From NCBI RefSeq assembly GCF_000150275.1, contig NW_002060944.1, positions 189,614-253,613 on the forward strand: a stretch of DNA of 64,000 nucleotides. The letters are read 5' to 3'. Shown here piece after piece: positions 39,446-53,278 of this stretch. Origin of the DNA: Trichoplax adhaerens. Lineage: Eukaryota > Animalia > Placozoa. The position numbers and the translations under genes are program-made. Position 1 is the stretch's first letter, and each line of letters starts with the position of its first letter. The notes beneath the pieces are model-generated. The model was not told the origin of the DNA, did not search any database, and saw nothing but the letters and a program-made list of their open reading frames with translations.

Positions 39446-41436
39446 ATCTGTTCTTATCTGTTAATGTATTTCCTCAGCTTGATTTTTCCATACAGGTCGC
39501 CTTTAATTTAAAATTTACAACCACAGCAAGCATTATTTCACATCAATCAATACGTGCGGTTAATATCAAATTAAATTCACAGATTAAACAAACACAGTTT
39601 GTATTGTATTGGACTTCATCATCCTTTTTTAGTAATAAATTTTTTCCAACGTCTTCTGTTATATTATTTATCGCTCAAATTCGAAATCGATTTCAATTCA
39701 AATCAGTTATTCAATGAAAGGATAGTAAACAATCTGTTAACGAAGATAACTAATATACTTAGATACATGAAGCATGATGTCGAAAAACAATTCTATAATT
39801 TCCGTAGTCCGATACTTTCAGGCCATTTTTATTCAAGGATTGCAATCATACCATAGCACAATTGCACAGTACATCAAATGATGCAATGTATGAGACCTGA
39901 TTAAGAATGATAATCGAAAACCTTTTCATACAGGCACATTTATGCCAAATGACATTAAATAATTTTGCAACAAGCAATGGAGCATTTGCGGTTCTGTCTA
40001 CGGTATCAGATCAAGATCATATCTAACAAAATTGATAGTACTACTGTCAAACCATAAGCTACTTGTTAAAGATTAGCTAGGGATCTTATTCAAATGGATG
40101 ATTGAGGTACTAATATAAAATAGTGTAAAAGATAAATGGGGTAACTAGGTAAACATAGTCTCTTGATGATCGCATACGGCAGATCATACTAATGCTAGGT
40201 GAAAATGACTGAATCATTTTAGAATTGGCACGATATCAAAGAAAATTAATACAACACGAAATATTATGATATTCAATATTGCATGACAGCTTCATTTTCT
40301 TACCATTAATTATTAAAATGATACGTATGATAGACTAATAACCTACAACCTAAAGATTATCACTACCTTAACGCACTCTTGTAATAATAATTGAATGTAT
40401 CATTTTCTCAAGATCAAGTCTTGGAGAAAGCGGATACCATTAATTAGTACGACGTTGTAAGTAACGGGACGTGCTACATATCTGGTACGTCTTGGCTACG
40501 ATTAGTTATTAGTATGATATGAAGAGATTCCTCTTGCGTAACCTACGGCATATTAATAACTAGTCTGACCAGTCAGTACGCTATAATCTGTTTAAAGGTT
40601 GGTAAGTTAGGCAGCCGCTGTATCTTGAAGCATATTTATAAACTGATGTCGTAAAACTACTATGCGTATTACTTGCTCATCAAATTTACACTATGTATTT
40701 CAACACATAAGAGGAGGATATGATTATTTGTACTTGCTAAAGGTCTTCTTTCCCTAACTATTAAACGTCGAATAGTTTAACATACTCGTATGCTGTAACA
40801 AGAAAATCAACTATTTCTCTGCAATCGAGAGTAATATTATCAGCGGCAATTGTATATTATGTACTGTACATTGGTAGACATCATATACAATACTTGAAGT
40901 TATCGATCATACGCTAAATAGTATCAGATGCGAAGGCCTACACCGATCATTCTTGAAAATTTCATATAATATTATTTACTGTATTACCTGAAATTAAAGT
41001 ATGTGCATTACCTGATTTCGCAGATGATATACCATTAATGCTCGTATAACCTAAAGTAATACCATAACACAAGACTCCAAGAATAATACAATTAATTTCA
41101 TTCCATAGGTTGAAGTATCAAGTATTTAATAGGAGAGCAAACAACACTTTTCTGCATATTATAAGATTGACTAATGCAACGTATTCCTATACACGTAGTT
41201 AAGCAATTTCTACACTATTATAACTTTCAAAATGTCCCATATTTTTGTTTATTGTCAGGCAATAATGAAAATTTCTTTTATTAAAGTTTCAAGTATTAAA
41301 ATCAACCAACATCAAATTTATGAATATTGGTAAATCAGTGCCTTTTATCTACAATTTGTTCATCACATACAAAAATATATTTTAAAAGACGCATCTACTA
41401 GTTAATATTTGCATATACATATCGCTGAAAATTTCA

Positions 41437-44400
41437 TTATACTATGGCTAATTTCTCCATAATAACCTTGCCACCAGCTTGTGAATGCCGATATCGCGCC
41501 AAATCAACACGTGTGATAATTCCTATTACCTAATCGATATAATTAGCCTCGTAAGTCAGAGATTAATTTAATCTACGCATTAATGCGCATACATATGCCT
41601 TGAAAGTATCTGCACTACAGTATTACGATAGAACATAAAATTTGTTTACTTGATTTTTGCTGTTGATCACGACTATATGACGAAGACCCAAACCACGGAA
41701 TAGCCTATACAATCGTGGGAAGGACATGTTCTAAAGGAAATAAAATTTCAGGATACTTATGCATTTATATCTTGATCGATGTAGAAAGATACGAACATTA
41801 AGATAGCGTTAAAGCAAAGTTCAATTTTGCAAATCACCTCGTATACTGTATACGGGGACGGGTTCATAAACTTGGTTAAGTCAATAGTCTTATTCATATC
41901 TTCAGGTGGGATTTCACACTGTAAGGTAGAATTTATAAAGTATTTGTACAGCAGTACTTATTTCGAATAGTCAACAGTAGCAATGCTACATCTCTAGTTA
42001 CCTAATAGAGACATTAGCTATTTCTTTTATAAAATTAAAGTAACTGTGTCAGATAGTATCCTTGTAAATAAAATGAGTAAACTGTTACAAACCAAATAAT
42101 ACTCTATTTTTCATTACTTACTGAACACACTCTGTGAAAGTTAATTGTTCATTGATAACTGATGACTATATATTAGTCTTACCGAAAAATCATCGTGCTT
42201 GCTGTAAAAATGTTTAAAGGTATCGAAATCCTTCCCATTCAATCGGTAGTCTTTTAAGGGATGGTTGCTTTTATACAGCTAATGAAATAAGGGAATTATA
42301 ATAATTTAGTAATGGTGATAATTGATGAATATCAATACATTATATGTCCAAGTGGGAAAAATTGAAGTATTCAACAGTTACTTGGTTGATATTTGCATCA
42401 TTTCAAACCTGTAATTCTAAAATGGTCTTGAGTTCAGAAAGTAAGATTAAACCAATAAGTCTTCCTTTAACATTAGTATTATTCGCGGTAGCCGCAGTTC
42501 CCTCAACAGTCTTATTAAAGTAGGATAGAAAAATTTAAATTTAAAACAATTTTAAAAGAAAACTGCGCTGAAACACAATTATGAAGGTATGTGCACTAAC
42601 CAAGTTATCAACTACATCGTCATCAACAACTGGGTAGCCATTATGCCTCAAATCAGCATCTTTAATAACAGTGTAGATATCGGCCACCTTTTGTGAGTTT
42701 TAAGCAAATTTATTAGCTTGGACAGCCACAGTGTAATTACTAAAGTTATACATCATATCCAAGAATCATCATATTTACTCTTTCCGTTTTGCGTAAGGTA
42801 ATTACAGATTCGCAAGTTAAATCTCTGTAAGTTTTAAAAAAATTCACGACGTCAGAAGTGAAGAGCATACAGCCCTACTCTGTATACACTCCAACAATAC
42901 TAACTTTACGGTCAAACTACCAGATAAATCTGGCGGTTCCCAAGGCAGCAAAGGCACTTTCATTAATTGTACGTGAATGTCATATAATCCCTATAAAATT
43001 TCACATAAATAATTACAGATGGAAAATAAGTGTGTAAGAGTACCAATAGTAACAGTGGTTTTCACATGTATGGTCACAACATATTACCTCGTTAAAATAA
43101 TCACCAACTAATTTCGAAATTAAAATAACCACCATCAAAGGTAATCCAAACGCAATATCGCCAATAGCTTCGACAAGAATTACAGTAATGCTAATCGTCA
43201 TTCTAACAACGCCAGCTAAAAATACATAAAAATCAAGACTGTATCAGTAAAGCTTTCAATTAAGACTTCGGTTCTGGATATTTGTATCAAAATTATTATT
43301 TCCTAATACGTTTACCTAACATAGCCGCTGCTCCCATGAGAGCATATCTTCCCGGACTTGACCATTCCTGCAATACATGATAGGATTATAAAAAACACTT
43401 AATGTGATAAGCACTTTAATTGCATGGCTTACTTGTCCTGGAATTAAGTTAATAAGTTCTCCCAAAATCCTTCCCCACGCTGCACCAGTTAGGATACAAG
43501 GCACGAATAATCCGCTGGGTACATTAACTCCATAGGTCCAACAAGCGGTGAAGAAGAATATTACTGTAAACCAAATTAATGTCGGTATAGTGTATAGACC
43601 TATAATTGATTTGAAATATGCAACAATTCATTATAATGTAACCTGCCGTCTTGGTAGATGTACAGTGCTTGTACAATTTTATCACTATTACGAAATTATT
43701 CTTTTGCAAACCTTGTGGTGTGTGAAACATATTTTTAATCGCTTTCTCTGGCGTATTTAAAAACAATGTCGCCATTGTATTATAGTCGCCATTACCGCAC
43801 TTAAACTAAGTAAATGGTGTTAATAATGTTAAATGGTTGTAATTTTTCTTAATTACTCACTTAATACAACAGTCATTTAATTACCGATGTAAAATTAAAA
43901 GTTTCCAGTTCTGATTGTATGGCTTCATACTTTGGCTGACAGCCTTGATTTAACGATACAGCCAGGAATGCAGCAGCTGTGCAAACAATGATAACAACGA
44001 TCGCCTCCAATAATTTTAAATAGCTCTTTCGAATATTCCTACAAACAACGCAAATATCGGTTAGTGAATTGCTTATCGATTCATGGGCTAGAAATAAAAA
44101 AATTAGGAGCTATCCATTCACTTACCTCATTCTATGCAAGGATAATTTATAGTTTATGTAATTAAATAATGCGCCAAGTAATCCTCCTAAAAATATAGTA
44201 GATCAAATCAAGCTAAGGCGAAGAAAAAGAATAATTAGAAGCAATAGTATATTTTCTATTCTTGTTATTTACCAACAATGCCCATTAAGAAGAAAATAGG
44301 TAGCTCATAACCGTAGTAAGTGACACCCTGAAATGTTTGAATTTGGTTCGAAAATAAATAAAAAATTAAACTGAACAAATTATTTTAATGTTTTTATTTG

Positions 44401-47385
44401 CTAATACCTTTTTAAAGTCACCGAAATCTAGTAAACCAGGGAAAGATAAATTAAATGGCATACCATGGATGAAGGATCGTATCACGTTTAAAGTGAACGT
44501 TGATGTCATTGACGCAAAAAACTAAAAATAATGGAGCCTTATTAATTGTGGCTACTTGCATCGAAATTTACAAGAAATCCCGCCAAGTAATATATCAATC
44601 AAATGGACATCAATAATATAATTCTTATATTTCAATACGGGATTATAGCTTCAAATAACAGATGTGCTATATAATTAACTTGTGCAAATTGAAATTAATT
44701 TTACTTAATCTCAACATACAATTCTCCACGTAATTGATTGATACCAGAAGCTGGCACCTTCTTCTAAGCTAAATAATACACCACCTGTAAATGCAATGGG
44801 TCAGGTACATTATTTATTTTAGCAATAGAGAGTTGCATAAATATCGTTAATAGATATTATTATTTCATAAACTTGTGGTCTGTAATCTGTTAAAATTGTA
44901 GTGCACTGCTCAACTAGTAGGTTATCCTAGGCGATACTAAATTATCATGTGCGAATAAGCTTCGATTAAGATCGGATGGAGTTCTTACCTACAGGTGAAC
45001 CAAAAGCAGCAGAAACACCCGCAGCTGCACCTGCAGATACAAAATCACGTTTTTCCACAGGCGAACGAAAGTAATGAAAAATCTACAAATACATAGCGAC
45101 AGAAATTGGTGATTAATGGTAATGGTTGCCTGCTATCGAAATCAAGGCGGTAATTCACAATGCTTACATTGAAAGAACATTTTCCTATGGTCACCTTGCC
45201 ATTAGAAATGGCAGCGGCCAGTGCAGCTCCAGAATGTATCATAGGGCCTTCCTATATCATGTAATATTTAAAAAGTCGGTCAGTTGTATGTATGCTTAAG
45301 AGTATTCAGTTTTGTAGTAATGTAAAATTAAGCAGTTTAGTAACGATACCTTCCCAACAGGGAGACCTCCAGCTACAGAAAACAAAACGCCAACAGCTTT
45401 TGCGACCAAAGTCTGTGTAAAATAATCCCGGTAATACCACGTTTAGCAAGAAAGCATCACATTTGTTTCATAAGAAATATCTTAAACATTAAAAGTAGTC
45501 GTGCAATGTCACTTTAGAACCCGTTAGACTGAATGATCAGGCCTACCTTCAAGCGGACACATCGCTGAATATTCACACCGTTAAGGAAGCATTTAATTTG
45601 AGGTATACCACTTCCAATTGCCACTGGCTACATAAATGGTACGGAAGGGTGAATATTTACAGCATACTACCATAATCATTTTGATATCAGTATTTAACTG
45701 TTGCCAGTAACTTGAAAATTATTAAAGTAAAATTAGCGGCATCGCTGTTACTTTGCTAATTTTACCTCTAAATATACAACCAAAGCAGCCGCTATAAAAA
45801 CCAAGCTAATGCTAAGGGCCAACCATATTAGATACGGTTGAGCTAGGCAATCTTGGAAATAACACCTGGTAAATGCTAAGATGGATGAAGCACGCATGTT
45901 ATTCTTATAAACGCTGTACCATTTTAATTTCATCATTTCTCAAAGATCATAGCAAGTAAAGACTGTATACCTGTTGTTATCCACAAATATTTTACACTGG
46001 ATATCGCATTGATGCCTACGTCAATTAGGGCTGCAACGCAAGCTGTGCTAACGCCAATTAGAAACATGATGATCCATCTTTGAATGTTTACAAATGATAA
46101 TATCTACGTTGTAATAATAATAATTCAAGATTTATAAAAGTTTCTGATTTAATTTATCAAGCACAAAATTCTTTTATTGTAAATATTGTACTCCGAAATA
46201 ATCGATAAACTAAAGCAATTCAACTCGGTGTTAAGGATATAGACGCAATATATGAATGGTAAGTTATCACAAATGTGAGTATGTTCTAGTACAAGACCAG
46301 AAATTGAATCCAATATCACATTAATGGTATAGATACGAGTATAATTAATTGCTGCAACTAAATCTATCCTAATGCTATACGGTCGATGTAATGTATTTAT
46401 CGTAAAATACGTGGAAAACAATTTTAAATTGCAAGACTATTTTATTGTATCTACGCGTACGAGTATATTCCCATACAATCCAAAACTAGACCTATCTAAT
46501 CCGATGTAAACAGTATCGATGTAATATAGCTATAGTAGGTTACAGCCGTAAATTTCAGTTATAGGTGCTGTTTCTTACAGATGCTTCCTTTGGAGGAATC
46601 TGAAAAACTCTTTCCCAGTTTTCAATATTATCCGATCTATCATAATCGAAACTCTATAGTATTGACAAAAAGGTAATTTCATTAGGCATGATAGTTCTAA
46701 TATGCAGTGAATATGTTGAATATACAACGTGAATTTTTAAATTCTAAAAAGTAATGTCCTTATACAATAATATCCGTTATTCTGAGCAGCTGAAATTGGA
46801 TAAAATTTCACTCATCACTTTTCCATTATAATTTAACTTTTGATCAAGCTGTTACCTACCATGACAATATACATTACCTCATATTGCTTGGATATTTCAT
46901 CTAAGCCTTGATGGTGGGCATGACTAGCGTGCTAATAATTATACAGTATAGATATTAGTTGAAGTTCGTCAATGTATTGTTGCATGTTATCGATCGTTTC
47001 CTAGTACTGTAAATTGAAAGTGTGCCTTGACTTTATCGTAACGTATTTATTTCATTAGCTCACGGCTTCTATATTAACTATTCCAATGCAATTCATTACA
47101 CTTACGTTTATTGAATAGTTGTTAACAACCGGCTTTATTTCGGTGCTTGTATCGTCGATAGATGAGTACTGTAGGTATTCAAAATAAGTAATTGTAAGTA
47201 GTGAATTGCGTAGCAAAAGTACCGAGAATGTTATTATAATAGCAACATGTTTTATATTTGCATTTGAATTTTTGATTGATGTTTATGGATGTATTTTGAA
47301 TTTCATCAATACTGTATCAATAAGTGGATTGATATAAGGATGTGGTGTCTACCATGCCGAGGCAGAAAGGAGAAGAAGCTGTCAT
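41437..47385 (-). CDS. CLCN7: Lysosomal H+/Cl- exchanger ClC-7 (more than 20 exons; start codon uncertain, 47385 or 47355)
   Basis: Spliced exons give [45 protein letters not shown] (gating Glu), [31 protein letters not shown] (proton Glu), [44 protein letters not shown] domains HNGYPVV and LFRGLGLRH, ending [15 protein letters not shown]. No long CBS insert of the CLCN6 type. Confidence 0.93.
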
Positions 47386-47519
47386 GCTTCATCGTCACTT
47401 AATGAAATACGATAAATTTGTGGTCATTCAATATGATGATGAGTATGGATTAATATTGTGTATTTGTTATCATTATACCTAGTACAATAATTAATTTATA
47501 CATTATAATAAATACTAGT

Positions 47520-49830
47520 AGAACCCGCGTTTGTTCTACTTTGCTTACTGTATGCACTTGTACTTTTTATTATACAATTGTCAGAATAGGAGCCATTTTT
47601 CCAATCACAACTTGAGCAACTCTGAGAAATCATATAAAGCTTGTCGGATTTTTCTAGAGTGGGGGTACAGGCTGTACAGTAATTGTAATGCAATATTTCT
47701 CAGCAGTGATACTAATGGTGTCTCCTCAGGTAGTGATGATGTTACATATATAATTAATCCTATTAAGATTTAAAGAGGTTCAAGTTCCTTCTCGAAATTT
47801 GCAAAATCTTGATACATTAAAATGGATATTTTACGTTTTATTCAATGGATGGGAAAGATTTGTCCTGTATGGAACGTGATGCAGTTGCGTTAGTATTGGA
47901 TGCTTTTAATGAATTTTATCAATGGTCCAGTTCTTCTTTATTTTCCATTCCATAAGAATCAAGTGTATTCATGCTGAGGAGTACATCTGCGTATAAGTGT
48001 ATGCGTTGATCGATCTCTTAAGTTTAGAAAACCAATTAAAAGCGCACAAGTGTTTTACTAGAAGTCCATCTTGTATAAGATATAACGACATTGCTTTACT
48101 CGAAGTAAATGATTCAAGTTGAACATAGAAATGTGTTTGCCTTATTCACTCCAATTATGGGAAATAAGATACTAATATAGATCAAAGTAGCTCATACCTA
48201 TGGCATGCTGTCAAAGAAGAGATGATGGCAATCACTTGACTCACAGTCAATACCATAAAGTTTAGAAGCGTTTATTATCTCTGAATGTTTCTATCGATAA
48301 ATGAATTAGATGCGTATGTACGCTCGTATATTCAAGAGTTTATTTTCCATGACATTGATTGGACTGATGAAGGACATCAACCTGATGTTCTTTTCGCTAT
48401 CATTTGAAATTTATAGTCGTTGATTCTACGGTCCATCAAGAAGTTTATTATTCGATCAGACATGTGCGCTCAAGAGTTTTTATTCCATTCTACACTGTTG
48501 CGGTATGAATCGTTGGCCATGTCCTATTTGGCGTAATCATTTCAACTTCATTTTCAGATTTAGTATACTATCGATGAAAGGAAAGAATTATGAAGGACCA
48601 GTACAAGTTATCGTTGTAATCAGGTCTACGCTCGTATATCCATGGTGGAATAGGATAGACAAAAATAATGTTCAAGCGATACTGGTCTTACCGACTAATT
48701 CACAGATTGAATCTAGGTACGATCCATAGCACCATCGTTCAATAACGATGCTATGATCATTATAATCAAGTGTTTACGTTGATTTTTTAATTTTTATTTC
48801 ATAGCATGGTTACTTGCGACTGGTAGAAAATAGCAAACTACTGTACCGTGGTGGATAAAAAAGTATGTTGGCAAGAGAAAATTTTGTTTTCAAGTGGTCG
48901 ATAGACAGAATCTGCAAGTGTATTTTCGATTTAATAGAAACAAAGTATTGGCAATGTTGAACAAGATGATTCTCCTCTTCTCGTCCAGGATGCATGACCA
49001 AGTTGACTATTGCCTTGTCGATCGATCGATCGTATTGGTTCTTTATCGTAGATACACCAACAACAATAAACTATCCTCTATTGGTTTCATGTCAATGATA
49101 TACAATCCTCTTGGATGTCTTAGATGCTCATTCGCCCCATCCATGCTTACTCCTACCTAGCATAAAGATGGGATCCTACTGAAAAGACTCCAATTGCCTA
49201 TCGACTGAATGGATCGTCATGGTAATGTTGTGATTGAAGTTGGACCCAACCAACCTTGCACTTGAAGTAAACTAGCTACGTCTCCTAGCGAGAGAAGATA
49301 GCAAATCACTTACGTTTTGAAGGTGAGAGTGCATTAAAGGAGATTGCTCGCCTCGTTTCACATTCAATTTGACCATCTTGCTTGCTCTCTCTTAATGCTT
49401 GTCAACAATCATGGAGAAAATGGCTTTCCAAGGCTTCCGACATAGCTTGGCAAATGGATGGAAAGATTGAAGGGGGGGGGCAGTCGTTCCTACGTCCTAT
49501 GACGTCAACGATAGCGGGTCTGTGTCTCCAGTAGCACGTACGCGCTCGCGGTACGTGCTCACTGAGGGACGACAGTGCAGTAGAGTCAGAGCTGATCGAG
49601 TCAGACGCAGTACTGGTTTGCTGCTGCTTGCGCGTCAGTGTCTGCGAGGTGGAAATCACGTGGTCTACGCGAGATTGAAGTGGAGTTCCCTACAGTACTG
49701 TGCGTACAGTACATTAGTGTTACACTATTGTACTGTACAGTACTGTAGAAGAAGGTCTTCCTTGGTCTTCTTGTCTGGTCTTTTTCTACTCTAGTAGTCG
49801 ATGATACAAGGGATAACTTGACGAAGCACA
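47520..49830 (-). pseudogene. Unidentified decayed spliced gene
   Basis: Protein-like frames with scattered stops: KRKISILMYQDFANFEKELEPL*ILIGLIIYVTSSLPEETPLVSLLRNIALQLLYSLYPHSRKIRQALYDFSELLKL*LEKWLLF (~47840-47580) and DVASLLQVQGWLG..HLRHPRGLYIIDMKP..DSVYRPLENKIF (~49284-48813, bounded by AG and GT). Donor gtaag at about 49313. Confidence 0.4.
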
Positions 49831-49994
49831 ATCTGTCCAGTTGTAAAAAAGAATTTCTACACTGTACAGGGTGTACGGAATGTGTTGCTACGAAAAAATG
49901 CTAAATTTCGTGTAAAACTAGGTACCCTGTACACTTATTTTGAAGGGTCTCAACTGTACAGTAGACTACACCAATACCGGTGTAACTTGGCAGA

Positions 49995-50450
49995 CAGTAG
50001 TGTACAGTCTATTTGATACAGTATCAACTTCAAACACTGTAGCAAAACCTGAACAGTACGTACAGTACAGTAATACTGTACAGTATAGTGTACAGTGTAC
50101 AGTCCGCCATTTTGGGTCCTGTATTCTACTGTACAGTACAGTGTACAGTCTACAGTATTTGGTACAGTATTAGCTTCAAACACTGTAGCAAAACCTACAG
50201 TATACTGTACAGTACAGTACAGTACTACAGTATACAGTAGTGTACAGTGTACAGTCCGCCATTTTGGGTCCTGTATTCTACAGTGTACAGTCTATGTGGT
50301 ACAGTATCAACTTCAAACACTGTAGCAAAACCTGTACTGTACTACAGTGTACAGTATATAGTGTACAGTACTGTGTATCGACGTACAGTACTGTAGAGTT
50401 CGCCATTTTGGGCCCTGTACTCTACAGTGTACAGTGTACACTGTACAGTA
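49995..50450. repeat. Three-copy ~145-bp tandem repeat filled with CAGTA/CTGTA 5-mers
   Basis: Box A cttcaaacactgtagcaaaacct at 50028, 50174, 50311; box B cgccattttggg.cctgta.tctac at 50105, 50257, 50401. Spacers are built largely of TACAG/TACTG units. Confidence 0.92.
50104..50410. promoter_or_regulatory. Three YY1-type motifs upstream of MRPL12
   Basis: CCGCCATTTTG at 50104 and 50256, TCGCCATTTTG at 50400; YY1 consensus is CCGCCATNTT. They lie 290-600 bp upstream of the MRPL12 ATG. Confidence 0.5.
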
Positions 50451-50697
50451 CCAAGAGAGAGTACGGAAGAACGACAGCTCCATGTGCTATACTGCTGGCA
50501 CGACACTGGTCAGTACAGCTTACGCATACTGTACTGGAAAGTGCAGTCTGCAGCAAACGTCCAACCGGTCCACCCTACAGTACCCCATGTTGCATACTAC
50601 AGTACACAGTAGACTGGACTGGACTGGAATGGACTGTAGGAGGAAAGGCCAGTCCAAAAGCAATCACGTTGTGCAAGGACAGAAGGCTTCAAACAAA

Positions 50698-52337
50698 ATG
50701 GTAGCCATGACCTCGTTGAGAAGAATTGCTCATTTTCTACCACAATCCTCATCGATGTACAGGTTTGCTCAATCATATCATGAAACCATGCAATAACGTA
50801 TTAATACTACTATTGCCAATCACCAATACGCTAATCATGATAACTTGATCGCATACTACTTCAAGTCCAGCTAAAAGTCGTTTAATCGAGCACATTGCTG
50901 CTTTCAACGCCACCAACAATAACTCACCAGCGATCGACGTAAACCATAACTTATTCCATTCGATCATGCTAGTGGAGACTGCAATGATGAGTGCAATAGT
51001 TCACCACTACAACATAAGTGTACTGGTTATTACACAGTACTGTACAGACAGTAATGTAATCTCTTTCGATCCACGAGCTACGCTCAAGTCATAGCACACG
51101 CAATAGCTGCTTCGACCTACGCAATCCACACCAATTGACGGAATTCAAATTGGTCTCGATCATATTTGACCACGACTGTCGGAAACGATGATAGCGGACT
51201 AATTGGATTCAATTCTACTAGTTATGACAGTGATTTCAGGATCATGGTGTCAGCGCCAATACTATTACAGTAGACAGTACAACGAGATCGACACATAATG
51301 TCTTCTTTTTGTTATCAACTTCCTTGCAATCATCCTATACAATACTGGACTGGAACGTCATGACTGCTATGGCTAGTTTTATTCAATCAAAGTGAAATTG
51401 ATCCGCCTTGAAGCTAACGTAGGAATCATTTCTATTCATTTAGGGTACTTGCACAAAGAGCACCCAATGCTTGTATTATAGTAGCCTCGAGGAATTGCCA
51501 AACGATGCCTAAACCATCGGCGGATGATCAGCCAAAAGAATATCCAGAAAAGATTGTTAATATAGTCGATAATATCTCGCAATTGACGATATTAGAAGTG
51601 GCCGATCTCAACGAATTATTAAAGGTACATGGTTAAATAAGTAAAAAACGTGTAGTAAAGACCCTAAACCATAACTCTATCCGTGAACGTAATCATCGCT
51701 GAGTAAAATGTTATTTTATCAAAACTCCATAGGCCCGCCTGAATATCAGCGATGCACCGATGGCAATGGCTGCTATGCCACAAGCTGCACCAGCTGCTTC
51801 GGTATGTTCTATCTCGACTTGACGTCGATGCTTAGTATAACTTTAATGTATCACATCATGACTTCCCAAGGGATATGTATATACATACACGTATACTCGT
51901 ATATTACATCAAAATCAGTAATATTCCTTTCAATCATTTCTACAGCAAGAACCTGCTGAAGAGGAGGAAGTACAGACTGAATTTACTGTCAAATTAATGA
52001 AATTTGATGATGCCTCAAAAGTTAAACTAATTAAGGAAATTAAAGCTCTAGTCGATGGAATGAATTTAGTCCAGGTATGACATACTCTTCCTTAGTATTA
52101 TTAAATAGCCCTCGAAGGTATATGTGTTCTATCTTACGCAGTACACGGTCATTATATAATCATAGCATTCCCTTTTATACAATCCTGCTGACCTACCATT
52201 CGCATTGTATTCATTGTTAGGCCAAAAAATTTGTCGAAAGCACACCTCAAGTAATCAAGAAAAACATTTCCAAGGAAGAAGCAGAGCAGCTGAAAAAGAC
52301 TTTAGAAACTGCTGGTGGAAGCATTGTCATCGAATAA
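50698..52337 (+). CDS. MRPL12: Mitochondrial ribosomal protein bL12m (5 exons)
   Basis: Exons 50698-50762, 51444-51624, 51733-51801, 51946-52074, 52221-52337. Transit-peptide-like MVAMTSLRRIAHFL.., then KEYPEKIVNIVDNISQLTILEVADLNELLK, an Ala-rich hinge, and FTVKLMKFDDASKVKLIKEIKALVDGMNLVQAKKFVESTPQVIKKNISKEEAEQLKKTLETAGGSIVIE*. Confidence 0.96.
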
Positions 52338-53278
52338 TGTCATACACACTACGCGTTCATAGATAGGCTTAGTGTGATATACTAGCAGATATAAACTGTT
52401 ATCTTGTATTTATCGAAATTTATTATGCTAAATCAATTTTATAAACTGACTAGATTTTCATCCATAACTGTACTGCTCTAATTTTTAACATCAAATGGCT
52501 ACATACATTTGCTGCACAAATTTCTTATGGAGGCTGAAATGCGTTCATTACTATGGATTATATACAGAGGGATATGTTGCTGCATAGTGAGACTGTATCA
52601 TGCATGCAATTTTTCTACATCATCACTTCATGCTTTACTTTTTTTTCCATTTTCAACTATCCATAAATACGCCGTTGTATGATGTGTCGATTGCTGATTG
52701 TCAATCCATCGGATATGCAATAAATATCCAAACCAACCATTTGGTTATTGCATCGAGTGCTTGCATAAAAATATTTTAATAACGATCCAACACAACATCA
52801 TTGCAAAGGTATTATAATCTTTCAGTTTTTACTACACTTCACTTTAGTAAAAAATTGACATGCATTGATTTACGTTCAGTACGTACAGTACATTCATCAT
52901 CCTGAAGTTTGTCGACAGTCAATAAATTAGCTGATTTACTAGAAAATCACTCAAGTTATACAAAAAAATTTTCAAAAACATCTGGAAATTGCATTTACAA
53001 TATAGACGATGTCAATCTATGAGTCTATGACTGCTTCAGTCATTTAGGAGTCCAACACAGCTACAATGTATTGTCGAGCATCTTTAAATATAAAACATTA
53101 CTTAAATTCAAGTCACAGTCCTGCTTTCAACCTAATGCACTACCCGTATAATAGCATATTTAACCCATCAATCATTGAAGCAAGCCGGGGACAAAAATGA
53201 CGTAAATTGTCCGTTTAGCTATACCTATGCGACAGCGACATTCATCGTCCAATCAGACAAGCCATCAAATTGGTAATA

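Noticed and set aside
50028-50425. CRISPR-like repeat-spacer array
   Set aside because: Eukaryotic context, no cas genes, and the spacers are homologous low-complexity sequence.
49940-50796. Cluster of Tyr/Ser/Thr/Val/Gln/Cys-rich ORFs on both strands
   Set aside because: Artefacts of the stop-poor TACAG repeat; only 50698-50762 is a real MRPL12 exon.
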